Virus record (IMG/VR): IMGVR_UViG_3300049198_000022
Span: 1-46,454 of that record
Strand: one strand, 5' to 3'
DNA: 46,454 nucleotides
DNA from: a virus
Taxonomy: Duplodnaviria > Caudoviricetes
Shown piece after piece: positions 1 through 8,521 of this stretch (the stretch's first letter is position 1; each line of letters opens with the position of its first letter). The translations under genes were made by a program, and so were the position numbers. The notes under the pieces are model-generated. The model was not told the origin of the DNA. It saw nothing but the letters and a program-made list of their open reading frames with translations, and did no database searches.

Positions 1-2
1 TT

Positions 3-2504
3 GAGCTGGAGACTCCTGCGCCAGCGCCCGCCGCTGCGCCCGCCGCTGCGCCCGCCGCTGCGCCGATGGGTGTGCCGATGGGTGTGCCGATGGGTGTGCC
101 GCAAGGCTTCCAGATGGAGACCAGCGTACCCGAGGGCTTCCAGCAGGACGCCCCCATGCCCGCTGCGGAGCCCGACAGCGCCAAGTTCGAACTTCAGCTG
201 AAGAGCATGCTCGACAGCGGCGTTCCGCTTGACCAAGTGCGCCAGTTCGTCACAAGCTCGCGCCGCACGCTTGAACCCAACACGGAAAAATGGCTTTCCG
301 AGAACTACGAGAATTGGCGCACGTCGCGCGACGCTTCGGGTGAGGGCTACTCTGTTCGTGACTTGCCGCCCAAGGTCGAGGAAGAGTTCGAAGTCACCAC
401 CCCTGAGCCGCATCGTGAGATGGGCCTTGGCGAGTCCACGTGGCTTGGTCTCCAGAGCTCGGCCTTGCGCGGCTGGGATGACGAGATCGAAGGCTTCAGT
501 GGCGCAGTAGGCAACAAGATCGGCACCGCGCTCGGCATGAACGAGAGCGACGCGGACTTCTGGAATATCTACGAGCAGATTGCGCAGCAACAGCGCGACG
601 ACAAGGACGCCGCGTGGGAACAGAACCCCAAGGCGTACGCGCTGGGCTACACTCCCGGAATGTTCCTCGGTTACCGGCTGCGCGCCGGTAACGGCGTTCC
701 GCTGACGCGTCTGGAGCGCGCCCGCCGCGCCAGCGGCGTCGGCTTCGTAGAGGGAGCCATCAGCGGCGGCGGCAACGCTGATCCTGGAATGGACGGCAGC
801 TGGACCGACCGTATCCTCCCCGCTATCGGGTACGGTACGGGCGGGGCAATCGCTGGTCCAATTCTGGATACCGCGCTCAGCATGGGTGGCAACGCACTTC
901 GGTCGGCCTACAATCGGTTCGGCCCGCCGAAGAATGACCCGAACAGCGGCATCAACGCGCTCAGTGACCGCGTTCGCCTTGACCCCGCAGCTATGCGGGC
1001 AGAGGCCGAACGCTTCAACACCGCTGGCGTCCAGCCGCGCATTGCTGACATTGTCGGTGACGAGGGTCGCACGGTCATCCGCAACGCTGCCCAGCAGGAC
1101 ACCCCCGCTCGCAGGATAGTCGCGGACACGGCTGAGCGCACCTACGCCGACGTCCCCGACCGCGTGGTGGCGCAAGCTGGCCGCATCAGCGATAGCCCGC
1201 TCTCCGCCCGACAGATCACGAACGTCGTGGACGAAGAGCAGCGGGCGCTTGGCCCTTCGTTTGATGCAGTCCGCGATGAGGTCGTGGACATCACGCCCGA
1301 AATGACCGAGGTCATCGGCACGGCCACGGGCCGCGCAGCCCTGCGCCGCGCTGCAAAGTGGCTGGATCCCGAGTCCGAAAACATGGTGGTCGAGTTCATT
1401 CGCAGCCTGAATAAGTCGCGCAAAGCTGCCGACGACGCAGCGAACGCCCCGTCTGTCGATGAGCAAGCCGCCAAGCTCGTTCCTGGATGGGCTGGCATGA
1501 GCGACGCGGCCAAGGCGCAGATCATTCCGCAGCTTGGCCTCAAGGAGCCACAAGCCGCAGACGATCTCCTCCCCACGGCGCTCACGGTTGACATCGTGGA
1601 CAAGTGGGCGCGCGCCATCAACAAGGCTGCCGAGGCGGATAACATGTTCGGCCCCGCGCGAGAAATGATCGACGCTATCCGTGGCGCTGCCCGCGCGCAG
1701 CATCCCGGATACGACGAGGCCCTCACGCAGTTCGCCGCCCGCGCTGGCGTGGGCGAGGCCGCTGCCGGAACCGGCAAGTTCGCGGACACAAGCTTCCTCA
1801 AGACCCCGCCTGACCAGTACGTGCCGAATATCCGGCAGGCCAGCGAGACTCCGGCGGCGGTCGGCGTACCCGAGCAGGGCTCGCCCACGGTACGGCTCAC
1901 AGTCAGCGAAGCCGATGCGCTTGCCGCCCGCGCCCGCCAAGAGGTCACCGACCGCGCCACCGAAGGCAACGCCTTGCAGGTCGCTCGCGACGTCGCCAAC
2001 GGCACCGGCCAACAGGCGCGCAACGCCGCGCTTCTGGGAGGACGTCAAGCCGAAGAGCTTCAGCAGGGTATGCGCGCTGAAGTTGACCGCGTGGATAACA
2101 TGCTGGCCATTGACCCCCGCGCTGGCCGACAGGCTCGCTTGCGGGAAGGTGGCGGGCGTGACGCCATCGTGGACGGCTTCCAAGACGCCGTGGCCGCAGC
2201 GGGTGGCGCAGCCGTGGGCAGTAAGTACACGGTGATCCGTATCGCGAGCAAGTGGCTCACGCAGGGCGGCATCCGTAACGTGGACGCCGAGCGCCTTGCC
2301 CGCGACGCCGTAAGCGACGACCCGCGCCGCGTTGAAACGGCTATCCAGTTCCTGGAGCAGCGGGGCATGGCGCGCGAACGGGCGCAGCGGTTCGTCTCCA
2401 CGTTCGCAGGCGCACTCTCCGGACGCGCCGCCACTGGCAAGGAAGACACCCGTCCAGCGCCTAACAGCGTTCGGGCCATCATGAAGGAAGGACCGCAACC
2501 ATGA
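3..2504 (+). CDS. Large internal virion/ejection (DNA transfer) protein, 5'-truncated at the window edge
   Basis: Frame 3 is open from nt 3 (ELETPAPAPAAA..., VPQGFQME, VPEGFQQD). Ala-rich, >800 aa. Follows the two other ejection genes if the window is circularised; probable start is the ATG at 46440 (MSGYK). Confidence 0.7.
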   Translation, partial: ELETPAPAPAAAPAAAPAAAPMGVPMGVPMGVPQGFQMETSVPEGFQQDAPMPAAEPDSAKFELQLKSMLDSGVPLDQVRQFVTSSRRTLEPNTEKWLSENYENWRTSRDASGEGYSVRDLPPKVEEEFEVTTPEPHREMGLGESTWLGLQSSALRGWDDEIEGFSGAVGNKIGTALGMNESDADFWNIYEQIAQQQRDDKDAAWEQNPKAYALGYTPGMFLGYRLRAGNGVPLTRLERARRASGVGFVEGAISGGGNADPGMDGSWTDRILPAIGYGTGGAIAGPILDTALSMGGNALRSAYNRFGPPKNDPNSGINALSDRVRLDPAAMRAEAERFNTAGVQPRIADIVGDEGRTVIRNAAQQDTPARRIVADTAERTYADVPDRVVAQAGRISDSPLSARQITNVVDEEQRALGPSFDAVRDEVVDITPEMTEVIGTATGRAALRRAAKWLDPESENMVVEFIRSLNKSRKAADDAANAPSVDEQAAKLVPGWAGMSDAAKAQIIPQLGLKEPQAADDLLPTALTVDIVDKWARAINKAAEADNMFGPAREMIDAIRGAARAQHPGYDEALTQFAARAGVGEAAAGTGKFADTSFLKTPPDQYVPNIRQASETPAAVGVPEQGSPTVRLTVSEADALAARARQEVTDRATEGNALQVARDVANGTGQQARNAALLGGRQAEELQQGMRAEVDRVDNMLAIDPRAGRQARLREGGGRDAIVDGFQDAVAAAGGAAVGSKYTVIRIASKWLTQGGIRNVDAERLARDAVSDDPRRVETAIQFLEQRGMARERAQRFVSTFAGALSGRAATGKEDTRPAPNSVRAIMKEGPQP
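24..101 (+). repeat. Two adjacent 12-bp tandem repeat arrays: (GCGCCCGCCGCT)x3 then (CCGATGGGTGTG)x3
   Basis: Directly visible; they encode APAA x3 and PMGV x3 in frame 3. Confidence 0.95.
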
Positions 2505-2929
2505 CTTTCGCGCTTGGCAATCGCAGCCGCAACAACCTTATCGGCGTACACCCCAAGCTCGTGCGTGTGGTGGAGCGCGCCATCCAACTCACCAAGCAAG
2601 ACTTCATGGTGATCGAAGGCGTCCGCACCCCTGCCCGCCAGCGGGAGCTCTACGCGCAGGGCCGTACGAAGCCCGGACCCAAGGTGACTTGGACCATGAC
2701 GAGCAACCACTTCGTCAAGGCAGACGGACACGGCCACGCGGTTGATATCTGCCCGTGGCCCGTGGACTGGTCGGATACCAAGAAGTTCGACGCCATCGCC
2801 AAGGCCATGTTCGCGGCCAGCGAAGAACTTGGTATTCCGATTCGCTGGGGTGCGGACTGGGATCGCGATGGCAAGCCCCGCGAACGCGGCGAGAGCGACA
2901 GCCCGCACTTCGAACTCGCGGCAGCTTGA
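2501..2929 (+). CDS. Endolysin, M15 family (L-Ala-D-Glu) peptidase
   Basis: EGVRTPARQRELYAQGR, SNH...GHAVD, IRWGADW and DSPHFEL motifs with His/Asp/His Zn ligands. Confidence 0.92.
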   Translation: MTFALGNRSRNNLIGVHPKLVRVVERAIQLTKQDFMVIEGVRTPARQRELYAQGRTKPGPKVTWTMTSNHFVKADGHGHAVDICPWPVDWSDTKKFDAIAKAMFAASEELGIPIRWGADWDRDGKPRERGESDSPHFELAAA

Positions 2930-2930
2930 C

Positions 2931-3242
2931 ATGAACCGACTCTTCAACTGGCTGGCCGTGATGACGGCGGATGGGAGGAAGGCGTGGGCCTTCTTCTCCA
3001 TTCTTATTTTCTGCGGCATCATGACCACGTATGCCAGCGTCGCTCTGTATCTTGTGCGGGCGAACGTCGTCTACGTGTTCGGGCTGGGGCTGGCGGCGCA
3101 CGTTCAGCTTGGCATCGCAATCACAGGACTCATCGCGTTCTTCGTGCGCCGCGACGTGGTAATCACGCGGGACTCCGTGAGCATCAAGGATGCGCCGCAC
3201 CCCGAAGAGGAGACTGACGATGTTCAGCATACTGACAAGTAA
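2931..3242 (+). CDS. Putative holin / lysis membrane protein
   Basis: ATG at 2931 directly after the endolysin stop; two long hydrophobic segments and a charged C-tail. Confidence 0.6.
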   Translation: MNRLFNWLAVMTADGRKAWAFFSILIFCGIMTTYASVALYLVRANVVYVFGLGLAAHVQLGIAITGLIAFFVRRDVVITRDSVSIKDAPHPEEETDDVQHTDK

Positions 3243-3609
3243 GATATTCGGCGGCTTGGCGCTGGGGCTGGCGATGACGCTGGCCTTCGTAGTCTGGAGC
3301 GGTGACCGCCGCGAGGCCAAGCTCGAGGCCAACATCGCCAAGCAGGTCAAGGTGATCGCCAAGCTACGTCGCGACAACGAGACGCTCAAGGGCAACGTGG
3401 ACAAGGTGGAGGGTGCGCTGGCCGTCTGCAACGCGGGCGTCGACGCCGCCGCGCGCACCGCCAACGCCATCGGCCGCGCCGGTGCCGCCGCCGTCGAGGC
3501 CGTCCAGAAGGCTGGGGGCGTAGCCGCCGCCCGTAGCGTCGCAGCCGTCAAAGCCATGCCCGCCGCCACCTGCCAAGATGCAGAGGCCATTCTTAGGAGC
3601 CGACCATGA
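3220..3609 (+). CDS. Rz-like inner-membrane spanin
   Basis: GAGGAG SD before ATG 3220; N-terminal TM helix followed by coiled coil and Ala-rich helix. Confidence 0.7.
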   Translation: MFSILTSKIFGGLALGLAMTLAFVVWSGDRREAKLEANIAKQVKVIAKLRRDNETLKGNVDKVEGALAVCNAGVDAAARTANAIGRAGAAAVEAVQKAGGVAAARSVAAVKAMPAATCQDAEAILRSRP

Positions 3610-3914
3610 CCAAAATAAGGATCGTCAGACACATCGGGGCCGCTTTGGCCGTATTGGTAGCTGGCGGGTGCAAAACGCTGCCCACAGACGATCCTGAGCC
3701 CGTCACGCGCATCGTTGAGGTGAAGGTTCAGGTGCCGGTGCCATGCCCTGCCTTGCAAACGCTGGGCGCTGAGCCTATATACCCCGATACGGAGCAGGCC
3801 ATTGCTGAGGCTCCAGACATCGCAGCGCTCGCGGTTCTCTTTAAGGTGGGCCGCATCCTTCGCACACAGAGACTCGCCGAGTACGAAGCAGCAAAGACTG
3901 CTTGCTCTTTTTGA
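3606..3914 (+). CDS. Rz1-like outer-membrane lipoprotein spanin
   Basis: Signal peptide with lipobox VLVAGGC; Pro-rich VPVPCP; ATGA overlap with the i-spanin. Confidence 0.72.
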   Translation: MTKIRIVRHIGAALAVLVAGGCKTLPTDDPEPVTRIVEVKVQVPVPCPALQTLGAEPIYPDTEQAIAEAPDIAALAVLFKVGRILRTQRLAEYEAAKTACSF

Positions 3915-3925
3915 GGACCACCGCT

Positions 3926-4231
3926 ATGGACCATGATGTAGAACTTAAGCGAGTGTGGTCGTACATGGACAAAGTTGCCGAAAAGCTGGATAAGCTTTCC
4001 GATCAGATCGCCGAAGTTAAAGAGACGGTCATCCGCATGGAGGCTGCGGATCACAAGAGCGAGATTGCTAAGATTGACGCGCGGTTGCTTCTCTTGGAAG
4101 CTGGTGATCACCGCCGCTCGGGCGAGCGCAGCAGCAGTGACCGTCTTGTTGACTTGATGTTCAAACTCGCCCCTTGGCTTCTCCCCTGCGCCCTAGCTGT
4201 GTGGATGGTCCTCGGGGAGCCCCGCGTCTGA
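3926..4231 (+). CDS. Coiled-coil protein with C-terminal TM helix (second holin/antiholin candidate)
   Basis: GAGGA SD before ATG 3926; heptad pattern, then hydrophobic LAPWLLPCALAVWMVLG. Confidence 0.55.
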   Translation: MDHDVELKRVWSYMDKVAEKLDKLSDQIAEVKETVIRMEAADHKSEIAKIDARLLLLEAGDHRRSGERSSSDRLVDLMFKLAPWLLPCALAVWMVLGEPRV

Positions 4232-4570
4232 GATCAGCCGTTCAATGCGGGTCACTGCCCCTTGGTAGTGGCCCGCGATGATCTGCTTAAGAATCTCTTC
4301 CTCTTCGGCGGGGAACTGACGGTAATAGTCAGAATACATGGACGAGCCCACATAGGCGTGACGGTCTGGGACGTGCCGCTCCATCGCCTTCTGCAAGTAG
4401 TGGATCGCCTTGTGCAGGTCCTCCACCCCATTCTTCTCGCGCCAGCGGCTGACGTACTTGGTGGCGCAGCCCAGCAGATAGTGCAGGTTGATGTCGCACA
4501 CCCAGTCCCAGTGCTGATACTCGCGGTTCTTGTAGTGACTCCCGCCGTGCTGGATATCATTCGCGCCCAT
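4193..4570 (-). CDS. DUF3310 / T7 gp1.7-like nucleotide kinase
   Basis: QHGGSHYK...LGCATKYVSRWREKNGVEDLHKAIHYL signature; TAATG coupling to the upstream HD gene. Confidence 0.8.
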   Translation of the reverse strand: MGANDIQHGGSHYKNREYQHWDWVCDINLHYLLGCATKYVSRWREKNGVEDLHKAIHYLQKAMERHVPDRHAYVGSSMYSDYYRQFPAEEEEILKQIIAGHYQGAVTRIERLISDAGLPEDHPHS

Positions 4571-5103
4571 TACAGGTTCCCCCATTCGTTGCTGATGTAG
4601 AAGGCAAGGTCGTAGAACTTGGCGTCGTCGCGATGCTGGTTGCTGTCGCCAAGAAGGTTGTTGACGTAGTGCATGAAGTTGCCGAAGGCGACGTCTGTCG
4701 TGCGGTTGCCCAGCCGCCGCTCTTCGAGGCAGTGCATCGCTCCGTCAAGGCTGTCTGCCAGCTTGAGCCAGCGTTGCTCGTCGGGAGTAAGTTCTGGTAT
4801 CTCCAGCCCGACGCTGGCCAGCACTTCTTCCTCCGCCGCATCCATCTGGTCGCGCAGGCCCGCCACCCTACGCTTGAACGGCGCGGGCATGTCGCCCGTC
4901 TCACACTCGGGTATGTCGTGTACGTGGGCGGCGTACAGCAGGGACATCGTCAGCCGTGGCTCAGGCACACAGCAGTAGATGATGCTGGTCAGGTTGAACG
5001 TGTGGTGGCCGACAGGGTTGGCCATCAGCAGCGTCATGGTGTGGAACCGCTGCACGCGCCCGCCACGGCGCATGAGCTCGAGCTTGTCTGTCAGGTCTGT
5101 CAC
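4570..5103 (-). CDS. HD-domain deoxynucleotide phosphohydrolase (YfbR/DatZ-like fold)
   Basis: RVQRFHT, GHH, HDIPECETGDMPAPFK and KLADSLD motifs. Confidence 0.85.
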   Translation of the reverse strand: MTDLTDKLELMRRGGRVQRFHTMTLLMANPVGHHTFNLTSIIYCCVPEPRLTMSLLYAAHVHDIPECETGDMPAPFKRRVAGLRDQMDAAEEEVLASVGLEIPELTPDEQRWLKLADSLDGAMHCLEERRLGNRTTDVAFGNFMHYVNNLLGDSNQHRDDAKFYDLAFYISNEWGNL

Positions 5104-6182
5104 TTTTGGCTCCTCTTGCTTGCGCGCTCAATCCACTCTGCGCAGGCCACGCGCCAGTCGCAGTTACCGGCGTTGCCGATGTAGTCGCAGCCCGCCGCTG
5201 CCGCGTCGTAGTCGCCCATCTTGTGCAGGTCCCACACGTGGAGCATGGGTATAGCCACGCCCGCCATGAACGGATGGCTCAGGGTAGGTGACGCTTCCCG
5301 CCACGCATACTTCTGCGCAGGGTCTTCGCACGGCGAGGCCGCGTACTCCATGAACTTGGGCAGGTCCTGCTCAAAGGCGTCCATGGAGTGTGGGAAGAAC
5401 ATAGGCGTCTGATTGACCGCACCCTCCGCAACGTCGAGCGAGTACCTGTCGTTCTTGAGAATGTCCTCGATCTTCTCGGGGAACCCAGCAACGACGTCCG
5501 TGTAGACGTGATAGTTGTTGCTGATCTGCGTCATGGTTCCCACACGCACGCCGATGCGCGCCGCCATGTACTCCAGCAGCACGCTGAAGTGAACGGCGTT
5601 GGCCCCGTGGGCTCCCCACCAGAGATCGTTGCTGCGGCAGCATACGGTCATGTGAAGCTCACCGTCACGGACGCGGAAGTAACAGTGTGTATTGCACGGA
5701 ACGTCCTTGCTGCCGTGGATCGCCGCCGACAGATCGCCATAGCCCTTCTTGCTGCCGCCATCCCACATGGCCAGCACGGCGCGGCGGCTGGAAGGATCGT
5801 CCCGCAGGTGCAGCACGATGTTCTCGATCTGGTCGGTGCTGAAGTACACGCGCCAGCGGTGGCCGTATGCCGCAGGCTGGGTCTTGCCGCCATCGTCAGA
5901 GTACTCGGCCATACGCTTGTTGAACTGGGCCAGCCACGGTAGGTCGTTGCGCCCTGCGAGCATCCATAGGCTCTCGAACAAGTGGAAGAACGGGTTGGCC
6001 TTGCGCATGGGGCTGAACAGCACGCGCTCCATGGGGCGCTGCGTCACGGTAGTGACCGGCACGTTGGCAACGCGCACCGGCCCGTTCCGGCTGGTCTCGT
6101 AGTCGAAGTGCAGCGGGTTGTCCATTAGCGCCAGCCCGTAGCCGAGCGCGCGGTTGACGTTTCTTGCTCTGATAAGGTGCAT
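5100..6182 (-). CDS. Thymidylate synthase-family dUMP hydroxymethylase
   Basis: ANPFFHLFESLWMLAGRND, AYGHRWR, SSRRAVLAMWD, catalytic DVPCN, RSNDLWWGAHGAN (Asn at the dU-specificity position), NNYHVY; TGATG coupling to the rSAM gene. Confidence 0.88.
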   Translation of the reverse strand: MHLIRARNVNRALGYGLALMDNPLHFDYETSRNGPVRVANVPVTTVTQRPMERVLFSPMRKANPFFHLFESLWMLAGRNDLPWLAQFNKRMAEYSDDGGKTQPAAYGHRWRVYFSTDQIENIVLHLRDDPSSRRAVLAMWDGGSKKGYGDLSAAIHGSKDVPCNTHCYFRVRDGELHMTVCCRSNDLWWGAHGANAVHFSVLLEYMAARIGVRVGTMTQISNNYHVYTDVVAGFPEKIEDILKNDRYSLDVAEGAVNQTPMFFPHSMDAFEQDLPKFMEYAASPCEDPAQKYAWREASPTLSHPFMAGVAIPMLHVWDLHKMGDYDAAAAGCDYIGNAGNCDWRVACAEWIERASKRSQK

Positions 6183-7150
6183 CACATTTTCTCCCATTCA
6201 CGTTTCACAGGGGTAGTCAGCGGCTTCTTGGAAGCCTGCTCGTCCAAGAACTGCTTGCCCTTGGGGGTCGGCTTGGGCAGCTTCTCTCTGCCGAACTTGT
6301 CGGGCAGCAGACCCACGCGGTAGCTTGTGGCGTCGCAGCCTGCACACGGGCCGAAGTCACGCAGCCCTACGACAAGCCGACGACGCGCCTCGTCCATCAC
6401 CTTGCCGTGCCATATCTCCAGCAGGCCGACCTTGTTGATGTTGCCGGTGGCCAGCTCGCCACGCCAGTCGTTGCAGCAGATGGCGGTGGAGCCGTCCCAC
6501 CGGAAGCTCAGCTCTCGGAAGGGCTTGGCGCACGGCTTGCCTTGCCCCGCGCTGCTCTTGGGAGCGCCTGCGCCCGCATGGTTATTCAGCGAGGCGTGCG
6601 TTCCCTCCGTGTTGGCGTCAATGGGCCGGATATGGACCAGCCGCCGCGCCTTGGCCTTCTGGCGGGCGTGGGGATTGCCAAGCGGGTTATCGGGGTACAC
6701 GAAGAACTCGTAGTCCGCATTCGGCGCAGCGGCAAGGCGGGCCAGCACCTTCGGCACAAGGCTGACGTTCTGGTACTCGTCCAGCCCCAGTGTGTTCAGC
6801 CCCGCTTCGAACAGAGTGCGGATTGTGTTCGGCCCCTCCGGTCCTTGTAGCCCGCCGCCGTTGGAAAGCATCAACATGCTGACGCGCGGCAGATGCCTGC
6901 GGAATATGCCGACTATCTTGGCGGCGTCGGGGTGCATGGTCGGCTCCCCGTGCATCGCGAACTCAAGGCGGCAGTTCCACCTATGTTCGGCAAGCTGACT
7001 GGCAATGCGCTCCGCGGTCTTAGCGGTCATGAACTTGTAGGTCCGCTCTTTGCCACGGATGCCGTTGATGCCGCAGAACGAGCAGCGCAGATTACAACCT
7101 TCCGCGAGCTCGATCTGTACGGCAAACGGCGGCTCTTGTTTGTACGGCAT
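6182..7150 (-). CDS. Radical SAM enzyme with SPASM/twitch domain
   Basis: CNLRCSFC (CxxxCxxC), HGEPTMH, C-terminal CAKPF...DGSTAICCND...CAGC; AAGGAG SD. Confidence 0.9.
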   Translation of the reverse strand: MPYKQEPPFAVQIELAEGCNLRCSFCGINGIRGKERTYKFMTAKTAERIASQLAEHRWNCRLEFAMHGEPTMHPDAAKIVGIFRRHLPRVSMLMLSNGGGLQGPEGPNTIRTLFEAGLNTLGLDEYQNVSLVPKVLARLAAAPNADYEFFVYPDNPLGNPHARQKAKARRLVHIRPIDANTEGTHASLNNHAGAGAPKSSAGQGKPCAKPFRELSFRWDGSTAICCNDWRGELATGNINKVGLLEIWHGKVMDEARRRLVVGLRDFGPCAGCDATSYRVGLLPDKFGREKLPKPTPKGKQFLDEQASKKPLTTPVKREWEKM

Positions 7151-7174
7151 TTGATATCTCCTTGTTACCGGCGC

Positions 7175-7203
7175 AGCTTACAGCGGCAGCGCGTGAGGGG
7201 CAA
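7175..7203 (-). promoter_or_regulatory. Sigma70-like promoter upstream of rSAM-HMase-HD-kinase genes
   Basis: Minus strand TTGCCC-N17-TAAGCT in the intergenic gap. Confidence 0.55.
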
Positions 7204-7207
7204 CAGA

Positions 7208-7360
7208 TTATGTGCGTCCCACAACTATGTAGACACTGAGAACCGGCAGTATCACATGAAGCTGGATGCCGCGCTGCCCATTGGGGCCGCGCACGGCGCA
7301 GAACATGAACCCGAGACCGAACTGGGTCTTGTCTATAGTGTGGCTGAAGTCAAAGATCAT
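7208..7360 (-). CDS. Small 50-aa protein (MIFDFSHTIDKTQFGLGFMF...VVGRT), absent from ORF track
   Basis: Hand-translated; ATGA overlap with the upstream stop at 7357-7360. Confidence 0.55.
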   Translation of the reverse strand: MIFDFSHTIDKTQFGLGFMFCAVRGPNGQRGIQLHVILPVLSVYIVVGRT

Positions 7361-8211
7361 TGGCCGTTCTCCCACGGTAGGTCAAGCGGGGTGTACTTCT
7401 GCTTCGGCCGGCCCTCGCCCAGCCGCACGCGCTCGTACTTGTCGAATTCACACAGACAGTTCTGCATGTCGTGGGCGGTAAGCGGCTCCGCATTCCAGCG
7501 GGCGTTCACCGCATCGCGCAGCCGCAGCAGCGTTTCGCGGAACTCCATCTCCTTCCACGGCGCGTCGGTGGGGCGCAGCATAACGCGGTTCAGCCCGCGT
7601 CGGCTCCCAGGACCGCTGGCCGCAAAGGTGTGGAAGTCTTCCCACGTACGCCCGTCGTTGACGTACTTCCAGTCAGCGATCACCTGCGCGGCCATGAAGC
7701 TGCCCAGCCCTTGCTGCTCGAGCAGAACCATCTGGACGTTAGCGAGCTGGCCCACGTTCATGCGGGTGGTCAGCTTGTCGCGGTTCTTCCACATGGGCTT
7801 GAGTACCACGTCGACGACGTAGTCGACCTTATCCATCGCCCGCCCGTTAGTGCTGACGATGTAGGCGGCATTGAAGTTCTTCTTGCCCGCGCTGGCCCGC
7901 ATCTTCAGATTCTTGCGCATACGGGCGGGGTCGAACGGCAGGACGTTCTCACGAATGTAGTCCAGCGTCTCCTCGTTATTGAACAGCCGCGCCACCACGA
8001 GCGCGAACCACACGTACGGAGACGACGAGTAGTAGTCCCCGTAATTCTTGAGAATCCACTTGGTCACGCGGTCGTCATTGCGGCGGACGTTGCAGAAGCG
8101 GTACTCCGAGATAATCGGGTCGGGCTTGGCCCTGCTATGCCAGCCCTCTTCCTTGGCCACCCTATGACGCTCGCGCGCCTTGATGAAGTCGACTACAGCC
8201 TTCACTCGCAT
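7357..8211 (-). CDS. Helical 5-hmdU DNA kinase-like protein (aGPT-Pplase1 / HMUDK_hel family, HhH-glycosylase-like fold)
   Basis: ERHRV...DPIISEYRFCNVRRNDDRVT, ARLFN, AAYIV, GLGSFMAAQVIAD, GPGSRRGL, QNCLCEFDKY. Confidence 0.82.
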   Translation of the reverse strand: MRVKAVVDFIKARERHRVAKEEGWHSRAKPDPIISEYRFCNVRRNDDRVTKWILKNYGDYYSSSPYVWFALVVARLFNNEETLDYIRENVLPFDPARMRKNLKMRASAGKKNFNAAYIVSTNGRAMDKVDYVVDVVLKPMWKNRDKLTTRMNVGQLANVQMVLLEQQGLGSFMAAQVIADWKYVNDGRTWEDFHTFAASGPGSRRGLNRVMLRPTDAPWKEMEFRETLLRLRDAVNARWNAEPLTAHDMQNCLCEFDKYERVRLGEGRPKQKYTPLDLPWENGQ

Positions 8212-8233
8212 TACACCCTCCTAATGTTGGCGT

Positions 8234-8521
8234 TCACGTTACGTTGTTCTTCCACTCTTGCATAAACTTCTCGTCGCTGCGCAGCCGCTTGCGTATATGG
8301 TAGCCCTGTCGGCGGTCTACTTCAACGGCCCCTAGCCGCACGGCCTGCGCCCGCCTGCCCTTGGCGACGTCGTAGTGTGGGAAGCTGAACGGCTGGAACC
8401 ACTCACGCTTCATGCCTATGGCGTCGGCCATGACGTGCAGTTCGGCTATGGTGTCGGCGAACATGTGACACATGACCATACGTCCCAGCTTGTTCGCTGC
8501 CCCATCTACGTAGACCGCCAC
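8234..8521 (-). CDS. DUF4031-family protein
   Basis: MAVYVD...MCHMFADTIAELHVMADAIG...WFQ...PHYDV...AVRLGA. Confidence 0.8.
   Translation of the reverse strand: MAVYVDGAANKLGRMVMCHMFADTIAELHVMADAIGMKREWFQPFSFPHYDVAKGRRAQAVRLGAVEVDRRQGYHIRKRLRSDEKFMQEWKNNVT

Noticed and set aside
1-201. Frame-1 ORF with RPPL/RWVC repeats
   Set aside because: Alternate-frame reading of the tandem repeats; frame 3 is the one continuous with the large ejection protein.
4570-5103. HD hydrolase as DatZ of a 2-aminoadenine (Z) genome
   Set aside because: No PurZ/adenylosuccinate synthetase homologue is visible; the context is pyrimidine modification.
5100-6182. dCMP hydroxymethylase with T4-like glucosyl-hmC, or ordinary ThyA
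   Set aside because: Asn rather than Asp at the apparent specificity position, and linkage to an HMUDK-like gene, favour dUMP hydroxymethylation. The alignment was by eye, so this is not fully excluded.
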